Notes: generated from the letters alone by a model not told the origin. Positions 18,782 to 29,092 are shown, counted from the stretch's first letter. The stretch: DNA of 64,000 nt from Nitrososphaeria archaeon (GCA_050011875.1 JBEKIG010000003.1:64001-128000); one strand, 5' to 3'. Made by a program: numbers and translations.

Positions 18782-20062
18782 CTATTTTTCCTTATCAACC
18801 TTTTCTCCGTTGAATTCCTGTTTTAGATAGACCCTTGAATTAGGCACCGTATCGTTGTATAGAACAACCCCTGGACCGACGATGCTGCTTGAGCCTATCT
18901 TAACCCCAGGCATTAACATAGCTCCCACTCCAATACATGACCCCTCACCCATCATCGCTCCCAGCTTCATTCTTCCAGTATCCTGTAGGATGTTATTAAC
19001 GTAGACCTTTATCGTTTTTTTATCAAACCTAAGGTTTGCGGTTAACGTTCTGTCACCAAGAAGACAATTATCAGCTATTATGCTGTCTCCGACGTAGTTT
19101 GAGTGGAAAAAACATCCGTTCCCGATGTATGATCTGGTTATCTCTGTTGAAAATCCAATTGTACAACCACTCCCTATGTGTACGTGATCTCTTACAAGTG
19201 AATAGTTTCCTATAGTCGTTTTTGGCCCTATATAACACGGCCCCTTGATTATTGCACCTTCCAAGATTTGAACCTCATCTGAGATGAAGACGTTTCCATC
19301 CAGGGTAGCCTTTTTCGATATGCGAGCTGAACCGGATATCTTAGAAACTTTTAAACTATTTAGAAAATATTCCGCAGCCTCAATAATGTGCCATGGATAC
19401 TTGATGGCGATCCATGGGCCGTCGTATTCTAAAACCTTCACTTTATAGCCCTTTTTTATAAGGCTGGTAAACGCACTTTCGTAAATATTGTCATCTGAGC
19501 TCTTCGTCTTTTCAATTTGATTAAGAAGTTTTTCTGGATCCCTGTGAAAGTGAACCACTATGTTGATGAGATTGCTTGGCTCGTTGCCTGGTCCTGGTTT
19601 TTCTGAGATACTTAGAAGTTCGTGCTTGGAGTTGACAACCAAATATCCGCCTGGAAAATATGAGTCGACTCTATGAGCTGCAATAGATGAATCATATCCA
19701 TTGCTCTCAGCTTCTTCTATGATATTCTGGTATAAAGAAGAAGAAAAAATATCGTTGGGATTAACCACTAAAATTTCATCGTTCAAGATAGCGTCTTTGG
19801 CTTTCATAAGCGCATCAGCCATTCCAAAAGGGCCGTCTTGGATGAAGAAAACGGCTTTAACTTTGTTTCTTGAGAATATGGACTTGATCTTTTTAATGTT
19901 AGAAGAATTGCCTACGATCACAAAATCATTTAAACCGATCTTTCTAGCCTGTTCTATATGGTGTTCAAGCAAAGGTTTACCCAAGAAGTCAAGTAAACAC
20001 TTGTCCTTCTTTATCGGAAACATCCTTTTACCTACTCCACCACATAAGAATATAATCTTCAT
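18782..20062 (-). CDS. glmU: Bifunctional sugar-1-phosphate nucleotidylyltransferase/acetyltransferase (archaeal GlmU type)
   Basis: LCGGVGKRMFP..K, EKP, YPWHI, left-handed beta-helix repeats, YVGDSII, TANLRFD, GRMKLGA. Confidence 0.85.
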   Translation of the reverse strand: MKIIFLCGGVGKRMFPIKKDKCLLDFLGKPLLEHHIEQARKIGLNDFVIVGNSSNIKKIKSIFSRNKVKAVFFIQDGPFGMADALMKAKDAILNDEILVVNPNDIFSSSLYQNIIEEAESNGYDSSIAAHRVDSYFPGGYLVVNSKHELLSISEKPGPGNEPSNLINIVVHFHRDPEKLLNQIEKTKSSDDNIYESAFTSLIKKGYKVKVLEYDGPWIAIKYPWHIIEAAEYFLNSLKVSKISGSARISKKATLDGNVFISDEVQILEGAIIKGPCYIGPKTTIGNYSLVRDHVHIGSGCTIGFSTEITRSYIGNGCFFHSNYVGDSIIADNCLLGDRTLTANLRFDKKTIKVYVNNILQDTGRMKLGAMMGEGSCIGVGAMLMPGVKIGSSSIVGPGVVLYNDTVPNSRVYLKQEFNGEKVDKEK

Positions 20063-20225
20063 TCCACCATTCTTCCTTCTAACAATTACGCCATCTCTAG
20101 CTATTTAGTGTTTTCCAGCTGGTATGATTTATGAAAAAATGGTTGATAGCAGCACGTATTCTCCAATAAACAATAAATATATTCATAACATACTTTAAAT
20201 ATAGCCAACTAACGTAATTAAATGA

Positions 20226-21272
20226 GTGTTGGATTTGAAAGCTGTTGGAAAAACTAGCAAGAACGCTGGAATAGAAATTTTTGGAATAGAAGAGCCTAAA
20301 CTAGCTTCTGGTGACGTTTTAGTTGAAGTTAAAGCGACCGCAATCTGTGGCACAGACCTTCATTACTATCATTGGGACGGTTATGCCGAGAGGCACAACC
20401 CAGGTTTCCCGAGGGTTCTTGGACATGAATTCTGCGGCGATGTCGTCAAAGTTGGAGAAGATGTTAAGTCTCTGAAGGTTGGGGACAAAGTCGCTGCCGA
20501 GACACATATACCCTGCGGTACTTGTTACTTCTGTAGAACAGGCAAGATGCACATATGTAAAAACATGAAGATATTTGGTGTAGACACCTTATATGGATCT
20601 TTCGCATCACATACAGTCTTACCTGAAATAATAGCTGTCAAGGTCCCGGACGACATCAGTTACGAGGAAGGAGCTGTCTTAGAGCCTTTGGGGGTCGCTC
20701 TCCATGCAATCACAAAGGCTAATATCAAACCCGGAGACTCGGTTGTTATCACAGGATGTGGCCCAATAGGCTTATTTGCGCAACAGCTAGCCAAGGTTGC
20801 CGGTGCATCAAAGATCATTTCAACAGATCTTAAAGAATATAGGCTGGGTCTTTCAAAAAATGTTGGAGTTACTGAAGCAATCAACGTAGCAGCTGTTGAC
20901 CCCGTCAAAAGAGTGAAAGAGCTGACAGGAGGAGAGGGAGCGAGTGTTGTCATCGAAATCTCTGGTTCAAATGTCGCTATAAAACAAGCCCTTGAGATGG
21001 CGTCGCTTACAGGAAGGGTGATACTTGTTGGAACAGCCCAGAAACCTACGGATATCGATACGACAAACATGTTGATATACAAGGAGATAGATCTCTCAGG
21101 AATCACAGGTAGGCTAATGTTCGACACATGGTATAGGGCAATAGAAATAGTATCAAACAGGTTAATTGATCTGCATTCCATCATAACTCATAAGCTATCC
21201 CTTGATGATGCTGAAAAAGCCTTTAATCTCTCTGATAAGGGTGAAGCTGGTAAAGTACTATTTATACCTTAG
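20226..21272 (+). CDS. tdh: Zn-dependent MDR dehydrogenase, L-threonine 3-dehydrogenase-like
   Basis: AICGTDLH..W, GHEFCG, AETHIPCGTCYFC....HIC, EPLG, GCGPIG, GITGR.MF.TW. Confidence 0.8.
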   Translation: MLDLKAVGKTSKNAGIEIFGIEEPKLASGDVLVEVKATAICGTDLHYYHWDGYAERHNPGFPRVLGHEFCGDVVKVGEDVKSLKVGDKVAAETHIPCGTCYFCRTGKMHICKNMKIFGVDTLYGSFASHTVLPEIIAVKVPDDISYEEGAVLEPLGVALHAITKANIKPGDSVVITGCGPIGLFAQQLAKVAGASKIISTDLKEYRLGLSKNVGVTEAINVAAVDPVKRVKELTGGEGASVVIEISGSNVAIKQALEMASLTGRVILVGTAQKPTDIDTTNMLIYKEIDLSGITGRLMFDTWYRAIEIVSNRLIDLHSIITHKLSLDDAEKAFNLSDKGEAGKVLFIP

Positions 21273-21313
21273 GTAGTTCCTTGAACATTCTGCTGCGGAA
21301 CCTGTTGCATGTC

Positions 21314-22750
21314 CTATATGCTATAATCTTCATCTATATCCTGAACTTGTATAGGTTGAGATTTCGGGGTTCTCTTTATGAAGGCATAATATGATTTGAG
21401 GGCATCTTTAAAAGTCCATGGTTCAGTGAGATAGTATATGAATGCTGCTGCCAAAACATAGACCATAGGTGTTAGTGTGATTACATAGAAGCTGTACTGA
21501 GTCTTATTGCCGAGTAAGTATACTCCAACAAATCCGAAGAATCCTGCGAGGAACCACAGCGTAGGGATCAAGTATTTTTTATTTATTTTAAAGTAGATGT
21601 ATGGAATAAAGACCAGCATTACTAAGGCCATAATATAAATTACAGGGTCGACTTTTGCTATAACATCCGGTTTGAAGTTCAGGGCAAATGGGTTCTGATT
21701 ATAGAACCACCCCCAAGGAGTGGAGACCGGTGGACCTGTGGGCCTATTTGTAATATCCCATTTTGATCCATTTTCAACTTGGCTGACCCAGTTTTTAAAA
21801 CCGTAATGTAGGATAAGAGGAATGTTGACAGAAACATATACAGCTGGAGAAACGATTAACGGGTATACGAAAGATTTTATAACATCGAACCTAATGACCA
21901 ACATGTAGATAAGAAGTGCTATGACTGGGAAGACGCCAGTTAGTTTAGATGAAGCTGAAAGACCTAACGATACGGCTGAAAGGAAAAAATTATTTCTTAA
22001 CGCCAACCACGCTGATAATGTTAGAAAGAAGGCTGCGTAAATGTCCAACATGGCTACAGAGGACATGGCCATGAAAATTGAATCAACGAATGCGAAGAGG
22101 AATATCAGAAAGACGATAAATAAGTTGTCTGTGAGTTTGTATACTATCAGGCATATGAGAACCAGCATGAGTGTTCCCAATATGATGCTGGGAATTCTCC
22201 ATGAAATAGGTTTATCTCCTAAGGACAACATGGAAAAACCAATGATGTACTTTGCAAGGGGAGGATGTTCTGTGTTCATGTAGTTTTCAATCCCAGCAAT
22301 ATCGGGATACTTATAACCCGCTTGAATAAGCTCAATTCCCTGAATACTGTCCTTTATGGACTGCTCGTTCAGCGGCTTCTGCGTCACTACGTTGAGACAG
22401 AGTGTATTGTTGTACGTGGTGGGCAATATGTATCCTCCGTACTGGGCGTTGAGAGTACTGTTGAGACTTGGTATCATATTAGCAAGATCACTGGGATCAT
22501 TGAAGAATATAGAGTAATGGTAATAGCCATCGGAAATATAGGATGGCTGGACATTGAACAATTCTCTTAGAATATTCTTTGATGAACTGGCGTACCAGCA
22601 TTCGTCAGATACGTACCCTAGAGTGCCCTGCATGTTATTTGCAAGCGTGAAAGATTCATATGCAAAGGCTATTGTTAGGATAATCATCAACACTATCAGA
22701 ATCTTTCGAGCCCTCTTAGATGAGAGCTTATCGAATATGTCCAAACGCAT
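21314..22750 (-). CDS. GT39/PMT-like dolichyl-phosphate-sugar-dependent glycosyltransferase
   Basis: YVSDECWY (DE motif in first loop), EHPPLAKYII, WRIPS, AMLD, multiple TM segments. Confidence 0.85.
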   Translation of the reverse strand: MRLDIFDKLSSKRARKILIVLMIILTIAFAYESFTLANNMQGTLGYVSDECWYASSSKNILRELFNVQPSYISDGYYHYSIFFNDPSDLANMIPSLNSTLNAQYGGYILPTTYNNTLCLNVVTQKPLNEQSIKDSIQGIELIQAGYKYPDIAGIENYMNTEHPPLAKYIIGFSMLSLGDKPISWRIPSIILGTLMLVLICLIVYKLTDNLFIVFLIFLFAFVDSIFMAMSSVAMLDIYAAFFLTLSAWLALRNNFFLSAVSLGLSASSKLTGVFPVIALLIYMLVIRFDVIKSFVYPLIVSPAVYVSVNIPLILHYGFKNWVSQVENGSKWDITNRPTGPPVSTPWGWFYNQNPFALNFKPDVIAKVDPVIYIMALVMLVFIPYIYFKINKKYLIPTLWFLAGFFGFVGVYLLGNKTQYSFYVITLTPMVYVLAAAFIYYLTEPWTFKDALKSYYAFIKRTPKSQPIQVQDIDEDYSI

Positions 22751-22757
22751 AGTTAAC

Positions 22758-23804
22758 CTACCTCCAAATCACCATCTCACTAAAGAAGTAGTTCGCTGCA
22801 AAACCGAATAGGATACCGACCCCATCAGCGAGAATATAGTTTATTCCTAGATATAAAAGTATAGCAGATAGGATGTAGTTAATAAGAGCACCTAACGCGG
22901 TAACATTACATTTTATAAGCCGGTGCAAGAACCGCCCACTTCTCCTGTTCTTAAAAGTCCAAAAATCGTTTAATAAAAAGTTACTGAGGATTGAGGCCTC
23001 AATTGCTACGGCAAGCGCTAAGAGACCAGAAAGATTTATGGCCGAAACAAAAAGCCAGAGCACACCCAAGTTAACGAAAACCCCTGAAACACCAACTGCT
23101 CCAAATTTGAAGGCCCTAAAGTCAGAAAGCGTAACCAGCTGTTTTATGTAATCGATTATTTCGCTTGCCTTCATCTTGCTCTCTCCGGCCAACCGAGGTT
23201 TAAACGTGTAGGGGATTTCAGCCACCGTGCTGTACTTGCCCTTAACAAGTATTTCAATCAAAAGCTTGAACCCTCTAGTAGTAAGTGTTACGTTTTCGAT
23301 GACGTTCTTTCTAAAGATAAAGTAACCTGACTGTGTATCTTTTACATTTCTAGTCTTCTTTAAAAGCAGGTGCGAAAGCCATATTGCACCTTTAGATATG
23401 ATTCTTCTAACAAATGACCAGCCCTCGATCCTTCCACCCTCGATATATCTTGAAGCAATCACGATATCGGTACCGCTTTCTGCTTTCACAAACATACTTC
23501 TCAAGAGATCTGGAGGATGCTGGAGATCCGCGTCAATAACGCTAACAAAGTCACCTTCAGACACCTTAATACCGTCTAAAATCGCCGTTCCGAGACCCAT
23601 CTTACCTTCCCTATGTACAACCTTGACTTTTTGATACCTTGAAGATATTTGGTCCGCAAGCTTTCCAGTGCCATCGGGGCTGTTATCGTCCACTATGATC
23701 AACTCGAAGTCCAACCCCTCCAATGAAGCAAAAACCTTACTTACGAGGTTCTCGAGGTTCTCCTTCTCATTGTATGTTGGCACTATTATAGAAAGCTTAT
23801 TCAC
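22758..23804 (-). CDS. Dolichol-phosphate mannose synthase-like GT2 fused to GtrA domain
   Basis: IIVPTYNE, VDDNSPDGT, DADLQHPP, ASRY, D..SGY, C-terminal GtrA TM segments (NFLLNDFWTF). Confidence 0.92.
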   Translation of the reverse strand: MNKLSIIVPTYNEKENLENLVSKVFASLEGLDFELIIVDDNSPDGTGKLADQISSRYQKVKVVHREGKMGLGTAILDGIKVSEGDFVSVIDADLQHPPDLLRSMFVKAESGTDIVIASRYIEGGRIEGWSFVRRIISKGAIWLSHLLLKKTRNVKDTQSGYFIFRKNVIENVTLTTRGFKLLIEILVKGKYSTVAEIPYTFKPRLAGESKMKASEIIDYIKQLVTLSDFRAFKFGAVGVSGVFVNLGVLWLFVSAINLSGLLALAVAIEASILSNFLLNDFWTFKNRRSGRFLHRLIKCNVTALGALINYILSAILLYLGINYILADGVGILFGFAANYFFSEMVIWR

Positions 23805-23852
23805 GTTTTGTCAGGGAGCTTTTTGACGAATATAAAAGTTTAATTAAGGATG

Positions 23853-24083
23853 TCAAAATTTATTTAAAAAAGTAGACATCAGAGTACAATTAAGGTAGAG
23901 GCTGAACCGATAAAGAAGTCTCGCCGACGTTATAACCAGACCACTTATGAGAACGTCTATAGAAAGAACATCACGAAGATAAGGTAGGACCAGAGTTATA
24001 GAAAGGATGAAGCCAAAGTTAAGTAGGCCTGCTGTAAAAGAATAAAATATAAGATAAGCGTTATAAACAGCTAGGTAGGTCAA
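23853..24083 (-). pseudogene. Possible MFS transporter fragment
   Basis: FTAGLLNFGFILSITLVLPYLRDVLSIDVLISGLVITS resembles two consecutive MFS helices. It overlaps the promoter of the divergent GT2 gene. Confidence 0.3.
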
Positions 24084-24089
24084 ACAGAC

Positions 24090-24797
24090 ATGGAGCACCC
24101 CCTTATCAGCTTCATAATTCCTGCACTTAATGAGGAAAAATATATAGGCTCGACTTTGACTTCGATACAAAAACAGGATTACAAGGGGGATTTTGAGATA
24201 GTTGTAGCAGATGGAATGAGTAAGGACAGAACGATTGAAGTGTCAAAGAAATATACTGAAAGGATAGTAACCGTCAACCGTAAAGGAGTGTCCGCTGGAA
24301 GGAATGAAGGAGCGAAGGCGGCCAAGGGGGGCATATACGTCTTCCTCGATGCAGACACCATCGCATGCCGAAACCTCTTAACCAACATCGCCAAGCATTT
24401 CAATAATAAGCAAGTTCTTGCTGGCACACCTAGGATACTTACAACTGAATACGGTAAGAATTTTATACTATATACTGCAGCAAATGAGATTGGAATGAAT
24501 ACATTATTCAAGATAAAGAGACCGATATTACCTGCCGTGTGCTTGGCTTGCAGGAAAGAAGCTTTTTGGGAGGTTGGAGGATTCAATGAGAAACTTAAAG
24601 TTGCTGAAGACCTAGAGTTCTCTTCGAAGATTAGAAAATTACCCGGCAAATTTGTTTACATGCGAAACACGTACGTTTATACTTCACCTCGAAGGTTAAA
24701 AAGTTGGGGCGTCGTTAGACAGCTGAGAGCCTGGCCCTTCGGATACATCTACATCAGATTAAGGAATAAGCAGCCGAGGTATGAGCCGATAAGATGA
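24090..24797 (+). CDS. Glycosyltransferase family 2
   Basis: SFIIPALNEE, VADGMSKDRT, GRNEGA, FLDADT, GGFNE...AED, TSPRR. Confidence 0.93.
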   Translation: MEHPLISFIIPALNEEKYIGSTLTSIQKQDYKGDFEIVVADGMSKDRTIEVSKKYTERIVTVNRKGVSAGRNEGAKAAKGGIYVFLDADTIACRNLLTNIAKHFNNKQVLAGTPRILTTEYGKNFILYTAANEIGMNTLFKIKRPILPAVCLACRKEAFWEVGGFNEKLKVAEDLEFSSKIRKLPGKFVYMRNTYVYTSPRRLKSWGVVRQLRAWPFGYIYIRLRNKQPRYEPIR

Positions 24798-25013
24798 GAA
24801 TAATTTATTGAAGTGGAACCAACACAAGGCATCGTCAATCTTCGCCAAAACTATATTATAATCTGATCTTTTAGCGCTATCAAAGATGTTTTTCGAGTTA
24901 AAAGGATGCTAGATTATCCAAACTCTCTGCTCTCAGTTGACCTTGGAAAAAGCGTTATAGGGATGGAGAAAAATAAATAAGACAGTTTAACAGTTTTCCC
25001 GAAAGTGTGCTGA

Positions 25014-27161
25014 TTGATGGTTAAAGAGCAACATATTATTATGAAATTAGAAGACTTGTCTTCCACTATATTAAGCTTAGATCACGTGGACCACGTTATT
25101 CAAACAGCCTTTAAGGGTCACGTGAAGCTTGCCGCAGATCATATTTTAAACAGAGGGATGATAGGGCGTCTTGAAAAAACCGTTGGAAGTATAACGCGAA
25201 AGCTGAATTTAAAATTCTATGAGAGTAGATACCTTCCCTTACAGGAATCGATTATCGTTCGGACCAAATCTTATGCTACACTTTTAAATATCGCATTAAA
25301 TTTTTTTGGTTTTGAGCGTGTACTAATAGGGTTTTCAGAAGATGAGACAGAGATTGCTATTGACTATATAAGAAGAACTTTAGGAGAATGGGAAGAATAT
25401 GAAAAGAAATATTTTGCGACTACAATCGCAAAGGATGTCGTCGACGATTTTATTGCCGAAATGAAGATACCGATGTCCAAGAATTACAAACCACCCGGGT
25501 CGATGACCTCGAAGATAGGTGAAACCGTAGAAGGAAAGCTTAGGGCGGATGAGAGGATGTTGAGCTTTTTGGAGGCCGTAAAAGAGGAAGTTCAAGAAAA
25601 CATATACTATCGCATGAGTATTAAGAAGAACAAGTTCGGCAACGATTATGCTCTTGGTCTGAGGTGGCTGAGGCACTTGGGTTACGTTCAGGTTTCAACA
25701 AACCCAGTTCTAGCCGCCGCAGCATATGTAGATGATCCCTCTCTTTGGGATGGCTTTAAAGGAGAAAGCTTTTGTCAGGATTTCAAAACGGTGGCAAAGG
25801 AGAACAGAAAATGGTTAGATGAACCAGAAGCGTTCGCCGACGAAATTGCAATGAAGGCCACTGAGATATGTGTCTTTCCTAACCTAGCAGTGTTCAGGCC
25901 TATTGCTATAGCCTCAAACTTTGTACACGGCATGGTTAGCTATCAGCTCAGCCCGAATGTTAGTGGAAGCAGTAAAGAGAGTGTTAAGGATGCTTTACAT
26001 ATATATTCTGATGCCTCTAATTTTCTCAGAAAATATGACGAATATCTTCTGTGGGGATATAACGATCTCGACATTGAAAAGATGCGACCAAACATTGTGT
26101 TCAAGGTCTCTGGAAACAATTCTTCTTCTATCGATACAACACACGATTTGGAGAGTTTGGGAATAGGCACGAACAACACCGAGACTTATACTGTCTCGCA
26201 GGAGACGACTCTAATAATTTCTAAAATAGAGGGTAGAGCGAAAGCTGTCAAAAAAGGGATTCATGTCGGAACATCTTATGAAACTACTATGTGTGGACGA
26301 CTCAACGATTATTTACGTGAAAAACAGGCTAGAATAATGTTGGAAATGATGTATAACAAGACCAAAGACTTCTCTGCTATAGCACAACTAGCCAAAGATC
26401 TTGGTGTACAGGATGTAGGTGCTCTGTCTATCGAAAAGCTATTCGAGATATCTAGTGATCTCCGCTATCTTAGCTCATTAACGATTAAACCTTTCGTAAA
26501 ACTTGCTATGGAGGCAGATATGTTCGGAGGAACTAAGGAAGAAGTGCAGGCATACTTATCAAGGCTGGAGGACGATATCTGTAAATGTGGAATAGCCGTT
26601 ACACAAAGGGTTTATGAAGTCTTCTTTTTTCCGGAGAATAGGTCTAAGTGGCTAAATTACATCAGAGCCAGATACGAGCTGAATGAAGAGCAGACGGAGG
26701 AAGTTATAGCATTCATAGACATGCTTCCCGCTTCGAAGAGAAAACCTAGAGAGACATTTTTGACCCTGGCATCAAGTAACATGACTAATACAGAATTTCC
26801 AAACCATCAGACAAACGTCTTGAACGAGAGCAGGAAACCAGGTTTCAATTTAGAAGAATATCTGGACGCTGTTGTGAACAGAGTAGTTGAAGCTGAAACA
26901 ATACACAGACTTTTTGAAGAATATGAAGCGAAGGATGAATGCAGAAAAGCCTTACAACTTACACCTGCTATTTTGAAAAAGCTCAAAGAGGTTGGGGTAA
27001 ACGTGAAGTTCGGAGAAGATGGACTGACGCCTGAGGAATGGCCTAATTTTGGGGCTGTAATAAAAACTAAGAGCGAGTTCACAAGAGCTTATAATAATTT
27101 CAGGCAGGAAGCGGTTAGCTTTGTTAAAAAACAAAAAACACTTTATAGCACCATAAATTGA
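25014..27161 (+). CDS. Large transaldolase-family (class I aldolase) protein with N-terminal extension
   Basis: GNDY, VSTNP, PNIVFK (Schiff-base Lys), TNNT, GRL.D, LPASKR, TNT motifs in transaldolase order. 715 aa. Confidence 0.75.
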   Translation: MMVKEQHIIMKLEDLSSTILSLDHVDHVIQTAFKGHVKLAADHILNRGMIGRLEKTVGSITRKLNLKFYESRYLPLQESIIVRTKSYATLLNIALNFFGFERVLIGFSEDETEIAIDYIRRTLGEWEEYEKKYFATTIAKDVVDDFIAEMKIPMSKNYKPPGSMTSKIGETVEGKLRADERMLSFLEAVKEEVQENIYYRMSIKKNKFGNDYALGLRWLRHLGYVQVSTNPVLAAAAYVDDPSLWDGFKGESFCQDFKTVAKENRKWLDEPEAFADEIAMKATEICVFPNLAVFRPIAIASNFVHGMVSYQLSPNVSGSSKESVKDALHIYSDASNFLRKYDEYLLWGYNDLDIEKMRPNIVFKVSGNNSSSIDTTHDLESLGIGTNNTETYTVSQETTLIISKIEGRAKAVKKGIHVGTSYETTMCGRLNDYLREKQARIMLEMMYNKTKDFSAIAQLAKDLGVQDVGALSIEKLFEISSDLRYLSSLTIKPFVKLAMEADMFGGTKEEVQAYLSRLEDDICKCGIAVTQRVYEVFFFPENRSKWLNYIRARYELNEEQTEEVIAFIDMLPASKRKPRETFLTLASSNMTNTEFPNHQTNVLNESRKPGFNLEEYLDAVVNRVVEAETIHRLFEEYEAKDECRKALQLTPAILKKLKEVGVNVKFGEDGLTPEEWPNFGAVIKTKSEFTRAYNNFRQEAVSFVKKQKTLYSTIN

Positions 27162-27208
27162 TTGACAGCAATAAAAAAGTGGGAAGAACGGTGTCTTTAA
27201 AAGGAAAT

Positions 27209-28213
27209 CTATCTGATAGGATTGTCTTTTATCTTTTGTACCAGAGAGATGGTATAATTTGAGTCTAGGTATTCGTCTAACTGTTCAAGGGCGTCAAATT
27301 CTTCTTTGGTTTTTTGGGCGGAGCTCTCAAAATTATAAAATCTACCACAGATTTTGCATTCCGTCTTAGTTAAAAGAACTATGTTATCTTTAATCCTGTT
27401 AAGCGTTATATCCGATCTTACTAACTTGAGAGATGCACCACACCCACATCTTTGTCGAAGAGCGTTCTTTAACGCCTTCCTTCTCTCGTGAGCACCACGC
27501 TCAGTAGATCTTAACAGCTCACTTCTATAAGCCCTGTATTGGGGGTCATCCGATATTATCGGAAATGATTGTTCGAGGTTATCTAGTGTTGTCATAATGT
27601 TATATGTGTCGTCCTCATAGATTTTTGGCCTCAATAGGTCGTCGGTCTGGAATTTTTGAATCGCCCACGTAGGGACATCATAGTCTAGAAGCTTCTCGAA
27701 ATAGGTTAAGAGTTCCCACAGTGCACGCCCTACGTCTTTTCCAGCTCTACCCTTTAGTTTTGAGGTTGGTGGAAGGTTGACTACGATGTCGCACAATAAA
27801 ACGTTGAAAACATGATCAAGGAAATCTTCTCTTCCACTATAATAGCTGCACCAGAATACATAGTACACGTGATCGATAAGTTTTCCGACAGACTTGACAT
27901 ATCTTTTAGAACTAAGAGAAAAATTTGGAGTGTTACGTCTACAGTTCGCATAAAAATGGTCGAATATTACTTCTGACGCTTTATTCAAATAATACTTTGA
28001 AGAGGATAAAAGTTGCTCATATAATCTTTCATCACAATCGTGTAGATCATTTAGCCAAGAGATAAAGTAAGATGATGAATGACAAATGCTATTAACATTA
28101 GATTTTGTAGGTTTCAGCGTAAGGTAATATGCTAGGCTATTCTTCCACCTTTCGCATCCTCTTATTAGCCTCTTTTGCTCATCAGACATTATTTTTTTAT
28201 CGCAAGCCAGCAA
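27209..28213 (-). CDS. Hypothetical protein with C-terminal zinc-ribbon motif
   Basis: 334-aa ORF with CGCG...ECKICG. Confidence 0.65.
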   Translation of the reverse strand: MLACDKKIMSDEQKRLIRGCERWKNSLAYYLTLKPTKSNVNSICHSSSYFISWLNDLHDCDERLYEQLLSSSKYYLNKASEVIFDHFYANCRRNTPNFSLSSKRYVKSVGKLIDHVYYVFWCSYYSGREDFLDHVFNVLLCDIVVNLPPTSKLKGRAGKDVGRALWELLTYFEKLLDYDVPTWAIQKFQTDDLLRPKIYEDDTYNIMTTLDNLEQSFPIISDDPQYRAYRSELLRSTERGAHERRKALKNALRQRCGCGASLKLVRSDITLNRIKDNIVLLTKTECKICGRFYNFESSAQKTKEEFDALEQLDEYLDSNYTISLVQKIKDNPIR

Positions 28214-28441
28214 CTAAACGATCTTTAATAAACTTTTTGAAAACAGAAACATATAAGCGTTCAAAAATTAAAAATTAAATTACCTTAATTTTTGAAGGTT
28301 TTCAATTCAAAAGTTTTTATCGCCAGCTAAAATCAATTGGAACCATATTGCTAAAAACAGCGAAAGCCTACAGCAAAAGAAAGCTTTGAGAACTACATTG
28401 GCCACCTTTGCTCGCGATATTAGGGGGGGTCGTGTAAAGAC

Positions 28442-28669
28442 ATGCCTTCTAACATAGACAAGTATATCAGCATGATCTCTATATGCGAGCTCGCCTCTGA
28501 CGAAATCGAAAAAGTCAAGGGAAAGATATTTAAGATAAAAGAGAAGATAGTGAAGTATCAAAAAAATTCTCAGATGAAGCTTGAGAGCAATAATTGGAGA
28601 GAGAATGCCCTGGCAGGATTTAGTTTAAGAACAAGGGTTAACCAAAGCCATAGAGGAAGAATGATATAG
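28442..28669 (+). CDS. Small hypothetical protein
   Basis: 75-aa ORF with a G-rich SD-like element upstream and a coiled-coil-like segment. Confidence 0.4.
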   Translation: MPSNIDKYISMISICELASDEIEKVKGKIFKIKEKIVKYQKNSQMKLESNNWRENALAGFSLRTRVNQSHRGRMI

Positions 28670-28738
28670 AAATCATATTTGGAATTAAGAATTAACTTAC
28701 CCAACCCCAAATTTTTTAACTTTAATAAAAAGATATGT

Positions 28739-29092
28739 TTAGAATTTGGAGAGCATTCTATATTTCCTAATATCAGGGTCAGTGGAAAGAGCAGCTTCAA
28801 GAGAATTTGAATTAATTAGTCCAACAAGTATATCAGGTTCGGGTCTATTGGATGTCGCTCTAAAACCGTTTCGAGTAATTAATATATTCAAAGCGATAAG
28901 AGCCTTTACCGATTCATTAAGCTCTTCTTTACTAAAGGCCACAGGCCTCCCCAAAGTAAGCCTAAAAGAATTAAGTTCCGACGATAATTCACTGAACCAG
29001 AGATTTCCTAATTGTAAACTTAAGACTCTAACTATATCGCTCATAAAAAGTTCTTTATTATTTTTAGGCGCATTTAAAAAGGAAAAAGACAT
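28739..29092 (-). CDS. Small hypothetical protein, possible winged-helix fold
   Basis: 117-aa ORF with LWFSEL...ELNESVKALIALNILIT and a TATA-like site upstream. Confidence 0.55.
   Translation of the reverse strand: MSFSFLNAPKNNKELFMSDIVRVLSLQLGNLWFSELSSELNSFRLTLGRPVAFSKEELNESVKALIALNILITRNGFRATSNRPEPDILVGLINSNSLEAALSTDPDIRKYRMLSKF

Noticed and set aside
18563-18826. 87-aa plus-strand ORF
   Set aside because: Shadow of the minus-strand SIS remnant and the end of the GlmU-type gene.
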